DNA of 64,000 bases from Balanoglossus misakiensis (lineage: Eukaryota > Animalia > Hemichordata): the NCBI GenBank assembly GCA_040954595.2, contig CM082587.2, forward strand, positions 10,793,403 to 10,857,402, written 5' to 3'. Shown here one piece after another: positions 1-11,553 of this stretch (position 1 is its first letter; every line of letters starts with the position of its first letter). The notes under the pieces were generated by a model, which made no database searches, had not been told where the DNA came from, and saw only the letters and a list, made by a program, of their open reading frames with translations. Position numbers and translations under genes: made by a program.

Positions 1-73
1 ATATAATATGGTCCACTATCTGGGACAGCTTGTAAATGTTGGTCTGTTATGAGTATGTCACTGCAGTTTAATC
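1..73 (-). CDS. uif-like exon, start of 4th Sushi domain (truncated by window edge)
   Basis: Polypyrimidine tract + CAG acceptor at 74-76; phase 1; (R)LNCSDILITDQHLQAVPDSGPYYI. Confidence 0.75.
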
Positions 74-3000
74 CTGCAAGGAAAAAAAAATAAAACATCT
101 TTATGGATTATGTGGATTCAGACTTGGTTGTGGTATACCGGTATGTATCAGGTACCTGTATTGTGAAACAACTTTAACCTTTTCACCCCAAGTTCCCACT
201 ATAAAAGTCCAGATACCATAGACTCCTATTATCGACTGAATTCATGGCTCTGTATTTCAAAAACAAGCACGGTGACCCGTATATTTTATTACTGATTTTC
301 ATTATATATACAAAGGCGAATCCAAAAATCAACAATTAAAAGAAATGACCATACTTTCAATTTTAGTGAACGTACATGTCCTTAAATGACTTACGTTGAC
401 AGTATCCTGGATCTCCAATCCAAGATCCATCTTCACCACATGTAGAGACAGTGTAGCCAGTCAGACTGTAGCCAGATGGACATGAGTAGGCAATGGTTGT
501 TCCAAAAACCAATGAATCACCATTAACAATTTCATAAGATAAGTAGTTGTCTACATTCGGTGGTGGACACTCACGAGCTGTTTGGGTAAGATGAACAGAT
601 AACATCACAAGCGTGTTACTACTAGGAAAAAAGTTTAAAGGGACATTACATGTAGCTACAGTAACTTGTAATTGGCTTTATTTTAAGTACTGCAAAATGG
701 GCTATTTTTCGCGAGCAAAACATTTCAGCGAAATACGCGAGAGCCAAAGAACATGAAAATAAAAAGTCGCGTAAAATGTTTTTCAGAGATAACAATGCAG
801 TTAGTGATATATGAAAACGCGAAAATTAATCCTCGCATAACAGTTGCCTCTTTCGATATTGCGAAAATTTCCTGTTGCGAAAATAACCTGTTTTAGAGTA
901 TTTTTTGTTCTCTGTACCAAATGCAATGTTTTGTTCTACTCCAAACAGTAGGCCAATATACCCTGTAAAATCCGTCTCCTACGTGTGCACTACAATGACA
1001 GTTTAATTGTTTTCAAAAATATCAACTTACGCTCGCATTGGGGCACAAGCGGACCCCAGACACCATCTGCTTGGCATTCCAATGAAGTCACATTATTTAT
1101 AAACTGATGGCCCTCAATGCATTGATAATAAGCAATTCCACCATACACTGTACTGGTAACATTGGTAAGAATTCCACTGCTGCACTCAGCGGGTCCACCA
1201 CATGTTATTCCTAAAAAATAAACAACAAATTAGTGTCATTCAAGTTGTTACTAACAATAGATTCAAGGGACAAATTAAGTCTATCTCGCTGCCCCTTTTT
1301 CATTAATCATCTTTGATACAAGACACCATGGTATAGTGAAACAACATTCAACCACACACAAATTCCATCCCATTTATAGACACAAGAGTGAAAAACTCGC
1401 CAAAATGAATAATCGGTCTCTACCATTTACTCATTTTGGCGAGATTTTTACTCTCATTACTCAACAGTATGGAAGTTGTGTGTGGTCGAACGTTGATTCA
1501 CTATAAATGTATACCCACATGTAGAATAACATAAACAGTGTCTTGTATCAAACATAATTCATGGAAAAGGGCAGTGAGTGAGACTTTGTCCCTTTAAATG
1601 TTCATAAAATATAAGTTAGATTGAATCATATCTTCACATTAATAATTCCCATCACAGAAATTTTACAGCTACACACAACATGACACCTGTACGAGAAGTC
1701 ATTAATTCCTACATGAGTTACAGTTCACATTGAGACGACTTTAGTTTTCTCCTAAACTTGACTGAACTGTGGAACAGGAAATGTAGGCTTGTTTACGCAC
1801 TGGAAATCAACAGGCAATGGGTTTCTAAAAATGTTTTTTTTTTCTTCTGAAAGAGTGACCTCAAAGCTACCAAATTATGTAGAAATTAGCTGGACCCCTT
1901 CTACTGGATTCGGTCCTACCAATTCTTTACTATCAATCACGTGATCTGGCCATGTGACCCACGGTGTTGTCATTTCCAGATGACGGGCAAACAATATTTC
2001 GGCATCCAGTAAAAGTTTTTCCGAGTATGTTTTTACTTTAGAACTACCAGACACGTAACATGTGTCAGGTATGGTGCCTCATCAGCCTCATGGTGTTTCA
2101 TCTGCACTGTCTTTGTCTGCACCAAGTTGTTGATGTTGCCCGTCATCTGGAAATTTGAATGCCAACGGAACTGCGTCTGACGTTATTTGATATCGAAGAA
2201 TAGTGCACTATTGCCTTACTTTGACATGCTGGTAACTTGAGAGGATCCTCTTCATTCCAGTTTCCACCAAAGAGACAAGTGAGAGAAGAGACAGTACCAG
2301 ACACTTTCTGATAACCATCCAAGCATTGGAATGAGACAGTGACATCATAGCTTCTATCATCTGTACTGGTCACCACGCCCTCACCAATCACAATTTCGGG
2401 ACAGTCTGTCAGAACAAGGATCACAATGATAAGAATGCATGCAGACAAATACTTTGACTCATAAATGTGAGGGGTCGTCGTGCCGCATTTGTATGTTTAT
2501 TATCCAGTGTTTCCTCTGGGTTTCAAAATCTTCTAGCAATTTGGCTAAAAGACATGAAAATTTACTAGCCAAACTTGACTTTGCATTAGCCAAACCAATG
2601 CTGCCGCAACAGCTGATTCGGAGGGGGGGGGGGGGTGTCACAAAATGAACAGAATCAGGGCTTCAAATTAAGCTTTGACTGATTGCCTTGGGCAACTAAA
2701 TATTGATGCACTGTATGTTTAACTTATGTTGGTGGTTCTTGATGACAAGTTCACAAGTATTTTGTAAGGAGACTTAGGGTGTTTGCCTGCTGTTGGTCCT
2801 TGTTCGTCTTCATGTTTTTGTTTGTTTTGTTTTTTTGAAAATTGACCCAACAGGCAAATAGAGAATGTCTGAGTTTGATAGTGAATATTGAAGTGTATTT
2901 ATTTTTTTCCTTCTCTTTATATTGAGAGATGAACTTGATATATACGCTCATAATTGAGACAAGAGATATTGTGGATACTGTTGCTGGTTGATTTTCAATA

Positions 3001-6000
3001 AAACAATATAAAAAAAAAAACTTTAAAAAAAATATTGATGCAGGGCATGTAAATTGTCAACCTAACTTGCACGTTTGGGCAGCCAAAAAATTACGTACTC
3101 CACTATGCACGGCCAGCTTTTGACGGGCAAGCCACTACACTAGCGTTTCTAAACAGAGAAACTTCCATAACAACCTGTACACTGGACGCGTTCCAGTCAA
3201 GGCAGACCTAAAATGTATCAATTTGTAAGCATAACCCATTCAAAATATGCAAATTAGGAAAAGACGCACATGCATTCTTTGCGTTCCCAGAGACACACAC
3301 AGGAAATCAAGCGAGTGCGACCACTAGCTGGAAGAGCTGAATTCAATGCATTGCCTTACGATGTTCATGATATACAGGGGGTGATGATCAATGAACAGAA
3401 CAACGGTCCACTTTCACGCGTTGTAGTGCAGTGAACTCGCGCTGATCATGGCACAAGAAACGACGATGTTAGATAGCAGTGCTTCGCAAGTTTGGCTAAT
3501 TTGTATGAAAATCGTCTTGCCAAACACAATTTTTTACTCGCATTTGCGATTTGGCGAGCGGGTAGCGGAAACACTGATTATCATATGCCTATATTCACGT
3601 GCCCACGTAAAGTCTATGGGGAAAAGCGCCCTCACATCCGTGCAGTTTTTTTGCTTATCACGCCCCGGCCCGGTGACCATATTTGGAAGACGCGTTCAAT
3701 ATCCGGATCTAGTTTTGTGTTTATTGCGCGAGATTCGAAAATTGTCATTGCTACGTTCGGAATTAAATTTTTCTGGTGCGGTGTCAGTGACTAGTGCACT
3801 TGCAGTGTGTGTATGTCCTATGCCGCTACCGAATCCCATCATCTTCCGTAATCGCTGCATGTTGTAGAGCTTTATTTGGAAATATGAATAGTAAAATTGA
3901 TGATTTGATTTGATTAATGTGTGACTGTCGGCGTCGATCGTCGCGAAGAAAAAATGTTTTGCTCGCGCTCGGCTCTGTGAGTTCGAGCGCGTCTATATCT
4001 CACGTGCAATAGAATATAAACAAATGATATCGTGCATATCAATCCGCAAGAACTGGAGGAATGCGCCTCTATGCTACGGGATAGATCATTCCAAAACGAT
4101 AGATAAACACATAATATTTACATTCCAAAATATTACAGAATGTGTATTTTATTAGTTTCTTGTAGATTATCGTTCAATAAGGCATATGATAAAACCTTTA
4201 CGGCCCTGATACGGGTTTTGCGGCCATCGGTCGTACGACGATTCCCGCCCTCCCTGCGGTCGGGCGCTTCCGCCGTACGACCTCGGGCCACAAAACCCGT
4301 ATCAGGGCCGTAAAGATTATAAACATTACAATTCATCCACAAGTCCCTGAAATTAGATCATTCTTAGAATGAACGAAGCATATTCAAAAATCTTTCCACC
4401 TTTCACTTAATGACTCTAAATCATAAGGAATAAAGGGAGTGCGTGTTTCTAAGAATTCTGTAACATCCTTTTCTGAAATGTTAGTAAGTTATGTATACCT
4501 GGTGAAAATGACGCCCTGAATCCTTTAGCTGGCCGTGTTCTACTACTCCTGAACACAACCGAAAAGTGTCCAATGTCTGTACGGCAATCGGGTGGTGGCA
4601 ATGTGCCATCAATGACTTCATCAGAATTGCCACTCCATGGACCAATAATGACATCATCATCACTCTCAGTACCATTGTATACCTTCAGAAACAAAGACAA
4701 ATTAAGCATGCATTGTAAATACCGTAAAACGGGAAATCTTCACAACAGGAAATTTTCGCGATATCAAAGGTGGCTACTGTTACACGACAATTAATTTTCA
4801 CATTGTCATATTTTACTGCATAGTTATCTACGAAAAAAACATTTTATGCGACTCTTTATTTTCATGTTTATTGGCTCTCGCGTAGTTTGGGAAAAATTAT
4901 CATTCACGAAAATGTCCCGTTTTACAGTATTCAATCCTTGTTGCATTTCCTGCTGTAACAGCTACTCAAATACTGTAAAACGGGAAATTTTCGCAAATGA
5001 TAAATTTTCGTGAACTATGCGAGAGCCATCAAAACGTAAAAAATAAAAAGTCGCATAAAAATGTTTTTCAGGGATAATGATGCAGTGAAATACAAGAACG
5101 CAAACATTTCATGTTGCAAAAGTTTACCGTTTTACAGTATATATGTGTTTAATTGAATTTCAAAATTGTGTTCCAAAGTTGTATAGTTTGAAGTAATGTC
5201 TGCCAAAATTGTCAAACTAAAATCACTGCAAAATAATATGACAAAATTTTGTCAGCATTAAAGGTTCAAAGTCTCTCTCTCTCTCTCTCTGCCCTTTTTC
5301 CATTAATTATGTTTGATACAAGACACTGTTTATGTTATTCTACCTGTGGTTATATAGATACATTTGTAATCAACCTTCGACCACAAACAACTTCCATCCC
5401 ATTTGTAGGGTATGAGAGTAAAAACTCGCCCAAAATGAATAAACAGTAATCACCGATTATTCATTTTGGCGAGTTTTTCACTCTTGTGTCTACAAGTGGG
5501 ATGGAAGTTGTATGTGGTTGAACGTTCATTCACTACATATCCACATGTAGAATAACACAAACGGTGTCTTGTATCAACATAATTAATGGAAAAAGGGCAG
5601 CGGGAGAGAGACTTTGTCCCTTTAACATGGCTGACTCCTGATCATATCTGATACTTACAATGATGTAATCAACATCTGTGTTCCTCTCTAATCCAAAGTT
5701 GTCATCAAAGATAAGAGTTAATGGTCTTCCAGTGGGTTCCTTGATTACCCAGCTACACATAACATCATCAGGGTAAGTGCTAACATCATAGCCTGGTGAC
5801 TGAATCGTACCAAAACTACGCAGAATTTCAATTCCCTGGCAACCTTTGAAGAAAAAATACCAAACAAGAAATAATTAATTCAATACACTGGTTTGGTGTA
5901 ATCCTGGCTGCCTTTTATTTCGTGCTAGGGGATCAAATCACATAATAATTGCCTTCTGGATAAAAAGTCGTAAGCGATAGAAGAAATGACTGTTAACTGT

Positions 6001-9000
6001 ATTTTATGACTTCCTTAGGTCAAACATTTCTGTCGTTATACATGTAGTTAGCAAATTAAACTCATTTAACTTTTTTCACATTTTGTTATTTTTTCTGTTA
6101 AAGGGACAAAGTCTCTCTCCAGCTGCCCCTTTTCCATTAATTATGTTTGATACAAGACACTGGTTATGTTAAAGCCCCAGTATTTCTCGTGTGTATCCAT
6201 TTTTCATCATCGAAAAATGCCCGTTTTTCCCGTACATTCATCATGGAATACTACATAATGAAGATAGAAGAAAGGTTTGGGCTACGTGCAAGCTGTAAAT
6301 ATTGCCCGTAACACTTGAAATGATGCGCGGGTTTGTTTACAACGGAAATGTTGTACATGTCGATCAGCAAACGTGCCACTTTGACATTTGATGGTCAGAC
6401 CATTTTCGGATTTGATCTGGTTCCATCGACTGATTTCTCCCATAAAGTTATCTTCCCAAAATTTCGCCGAATTAGTGCGCATTTCTTCGCTGAGTCGCTT
6501 GATTTGGGGCGACCAAACCTCTTCCGCATAGATTCACATTTGAGTGCGCATGCGCAGTAGTCACGTGTGTCAACAGAGCCTGACTTTCTGTCCGGACAGA
6601 AAGTCATTCTTCACTCGTTATATTGTAAATTGTATGAGTTTATTAGCAGAGCTGGGGATGATGACTGTTCGATTCAGTATCAATTATCATCTACTTTTAG
6701 AAATTATAGATGCCGTTTCAAACAAAATTTTGCCCCTACGAGAAATACTGAGGCTTTAATGTAAATGTGGATATATAGTTAATCAATGATCAACCACACA
6801 AAACTTCCATCCCACTTGTATGATATGAGAGTAAAAACTCGCCCAAAATGAATAAATGGTAAAGAACGATTATTCATTTTGGCGAGTTTTTTCACTCTCC
6901 TGTCTATAAGAGGGATGGAAGTTGTGTGTGGTTGAACGTTCATTCACTATATATCCACATGTAGAATAACAAACGGTGTCTTGTATCAAATATAATTAAT
7001 GGAAAAAAATGCAGCGAGAGAGAGACTTTGTCCCTTTAAAAAGTTCCATAATGACCCAGTATCAGATTAGCTTATAAACCTTCAGAAAGAATGGCAAAGG
7101 AAGATATATTTGTGATCCTTACAATTCCCACTGGGTTGAAATTCTTTGGGAAGGATTTTAAGTGATTTAAAGGGACAAAGTTTCTCTCTCTCGCTGCCCT
7201 TTTTCCATTAACTATGTTTGATACAAGACACTGTTTTTGTTATTCTACATGTGGATATATAGTGAATGAACATTCAACCACGCACAACTTCCATCCCGTT
7301 TGTAGGATATGAGAGTAAAAATCTTGCCAAAATGAATAAACGGTAGAGACCGATTTTTCATTTTGGCGAGTTTTTTCACTCTTATGTCTACAAGTGGGAT
7401 GGAAGTTGTGTGTGGTTGAATGTTCATTCACTATATATCCACATGTAGAATAACATAAATGCTGTATTGTATCATCATAATTCCTGGAAAAAGGGTAGAG
7501 AGAGAGAGACTTTGTCCCTATAAAACATTGTTCTCTTGTATCATGAATCCTTGATTGCCTCTTCATTCAAACAATATCTTGATCAATTTGAATGCGTTAC
7601 CTACCTGCCCAGTAATGTGCATGAAAACCTCTCATTGTAACTGCATCATAACTCTTAAAGTCAACTCTCATCACACTTTTGGAAGATATGATGACATTGG
7701 GTAACTCCATCCCAGAAAATAAAGCAAGTCGGAGGACGGGATTCAGTTCAGCGCCATCGTATACAGACACTTGATCAGCCCCATCTTCTGTTGCAAAGGA
7801 GATAAACTGAAAAGATATAAAAAATAGCATCAAAGACACTGTGCTCCCATTTGATATGTACATTTAAATGTGACATACCGTACAATCATAGTGATCACAA
7901 TTTCCTACGCAAAACCATTAAGGGGCAAAGTCTCTCTCTCGCTGCCCCTTTTCCATTAATTATCGTTTGATTATCGTTTATGTTATTCTACATGTGGATA
8001 TATAGTGAATCAACATTCCATCCCGCTTCATTTTGGGCGAGATTTTTACTCTCATATCCTAAAAATGGTCGAATGTTGATTCACTATATATCCTCATGTA
8101 GAACAACATAAACAGTGTCTTGTATCAATCATAATAAACGGGAAAAGGGCAGCGAGAGAGAGAGACTTTGTCCCTATAAGGGCACCTTTAGCATTGATGA
8201 GGTAATATAAGAATAAATCTGATGAAGAATATTTTCACATCCCAATAAACCAACATCCAAAACAACTGGAAGAGCAGTTTCTGACATAAGTGGACTTTTG
8301 GACCAAAAATGTCTAAAACTACCCACCCCCCTCCTCCCCAGTATTGATATTTGACACATGTTTATGTACACCATAATAAAAATACTTGTAGGTCCTTGTA
8401 AACCAAATTTTAAGAAATCAGAAAAGTGGCTACTGAGAATTGACCAGAAATGACAAAAATAAAATGTATTTTTAAAAATACAATTACTAATTTTTGTCAT
8501 GCTGTCAAACAACTCACACGATTAATTGCATCTGAATCCACTAATAACATGAAATGAATTGTTAAAAAGAGTAAAAAAATGAGTTCATCTACATGTAGTC
8601 TCCTATTTACCTGTAAGGTGACAACAAATTGTGTTGTGAATGATGCTAGCTGCCAGTTACAATCTTCATTGTTGAGATAATTCTTGCCTTCAAAATATTC
8701 TGTACTGCTGAGATTCTGTTTATATGACTGTGCTATGAAATTCCCACCACACAAAGAATATACTGGAAGAAAGAAAAAGTCATCTTAACATACACACCTC
8801 ACAAACAGAACATCAGCAAGATCACAGTCAAGGTAGGGCCAATATTGCCTACACGTGCAATCTATAATGTTATACCTGGTTCACACAGGGTAAAATTTGA
8901 AACGTTTCAGAGACAGTATTTGCCTAAGGTAAACACAGAGCATTAATTTCTCGTTTTAAAGTATGTACATGTACAAAACTTAGTATTACCTGCTTGCCAA

Positions 9001-11505
9001 GATGCTTCAAAGCCAGTAGCAGTATGCGAACTATCTGAGAGAAATTTCACCAACATTGCATTACCACTGCTAATAACTTCATCAGGCTGGTCCGGTCCAC
9101 TATATGTTGCAAGAACTTTGGATTGGTCAAACACAGACCCATCGACAATGACAACAGTATCATGATAAAGTTCACTGTCAAAATACGGAAACTGAAAAGA
9201 ATAAAAACAAAATGTTACAACACACATCATACATAGTGAGCTGTCTCAAGCCAATATACATGAAATAAACACAGATTCATGACTTAAGCCCCATTAGCTG
9301 TAACTTCTTGCATTTTTCAGTATTTCTATTCTGTGTATCAACCATAGTTTCTTGTTCAGCTCCCCAGGGCAGAGTTAAATCCATAGTCTTAATCTTCTCA
9401 TTGAAATCTATGAGTGCACAATCGGCATTGTTGTTGTTTGAAAACATTTGTAAATAATAACAATGGTCAGTACATACACATGACTTGTTGACAAGCAGAG
9501 AGCTGCAGGGGTGTGATGGGTTACTCATAAGGACAGGAAATGTGTTTTATACACAAAACAAAAATACTGATAAACTAGCCTGAAGTTATAGATAGTTTGT
9601 TATAAGGAAGAAACTTTTTAATACAGGTGTCCAGTTTATTTCATAGAGGTTCCTTTAAAATTGTGTTTGTACGACGAATGGATGGGAAAAGGTGTTCTGT
9701 ATAGGCAGGTTTCCAGATTAGACAAGTTTTACTGTACCTCAAAATTTATTCTGGATGTTGCAGGTCCCTGGATTGTCCAAATACATTCTTGTAGAATGTA
9801 ATAATTATCATCTGGGTATCCAGTGCTGTGAAAGGTCCCTGAGACACCAGTTTCCAAACCACCACATGTTCCTGAACATCATCAAAATAAAAAGAAAGGG
9901 TTTATTTGTGAGATGAATGGTCATAAAGCTTCAGCTCTTCAAGTTGAAGAAATTTCATTGATGATAAAATTACTTCACCAACAGTGAGTATCCAATGTAC
10001 ATGTATAAAACAAATTTTATATTAGTATAAATCAAATGTAAAATTTTGAAACGACATTTATCACACCCGAAAATTCCAAGAACAGCATATTATTATTCTC
10101 TAAGCTCAAACTATCAGTGTGAAAGATGCCAGATTCTTAAAATACTTGACCCAGTTTTGTTTCTGATTTATAATTATGAAATACTGTAAAACAGGAAATT
10201 TTTCGTGATATCAAAAGTGACAACTTTTATGCGATGATTAATTTTCAAATTCTCATTTTTCACTGCATTGTTATCTTCGAAAAACATTTTTACACAACTT
10301 GTTTATTTTCGTGTTTTTTGGCTCTCGCATAGTTCGCGAAATATTTATAGCTCGCGAAAATTTCCTGTTTTACAGTACGAAATTCTTTGAGGATCAGAAT
10401 TTCTGCTGACAGTTCAAAAGTAGTCTGTAGTTGCAAAGGAGATGTACAAATAATTATGGTCTGGTAGTTTGAGGTTGGCACATATCAGTTGTCACGCATA
10501 TTTACAAGATTCTTTTGTATAATGACTTCAAGCCAAAACTACACTATACCACACATTTAGGAAACTTGGTCATCGCCTGGGCCCACTTTGCAATGATGTT
10601 GAGGTGAGCGTAGAGAATATGATTGTTTCAGACCACTTGCCAAAAACATACCTGCACATCCAATCTCATCAGAGAAATCACCATCACCACAGTCAACTGT
10701 ACCATCACAAACCCAGTCAGGATTTATACAATTAACATTGGAGCATCGAAAGTCACCTGAACAAAAATTATTTAAAAAATAAAGATAACATTTACATTGA
10801 TGGATATTTTTTTAACTTTTGTCATAATACTAATATATCTTATTAATTTTCTGTATGTAGGAAAGGACATGAAAGTTTTTGTATCAAACCCATAAGCTTT
10901 TAAGTTTATGAACAATATCACACGATCAATATTGTATCTCTGCCAAAAGTAAAACTGCTTTAACAAAAAAGCATGAAAACCTGTTTCACATAAATAGTCT
11001 AAAAGTATAATTTAAAGATAACAATTCAATTAATGAGTGGAATTATCTAGCGACAAAATTACTGGCCAGAATGAAGTAACTCTCCTCCGTTTTGAATTTC
11101 AAATATAACACCATTCTGCACCGCAGGAGACATGATCTCATCTGATCCCCTTTGTTTAACTTTTAGTGGTGAGCTCTTCCAAGTCTAGATGTTTAAAGTT
11201 TAATATCATATCACATGTATATCTTGTATGGCTTAGGGGACTCTCTCACTCTCTCCCTCCCACCCCCTCTCCCTCCCCCCTCCCTCTCTAGCTCTCTCCC
11301 TCCCCCTCTCCCTCCCTCTCCCCTCGATCCTCCCTCCCCTCTCTCTCCCCTCTCTCTCCCCTCCCTCCCTCTCCCTTTCTCTTACCCCCCCTCCCTCCCC
11401 TCTCCCCTCCCTCCCTTTCTCCCACCCTCCCCTCGATCTCCCCCTCCCCTCGATCTCCCACTCCCCTCTCACTCTCCCCTCCCAACCTCTCCCTCCCTCC
11501 CTTTT

Positions 11506-11553
<48 letters not shown>

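Noticed and set aside
1974-2152. 17-bp inverted repeat TTCCAGATGACGGGCAA
   Set aside because: Probably internal to a decayed MITE; termini and TSD could not be defined.
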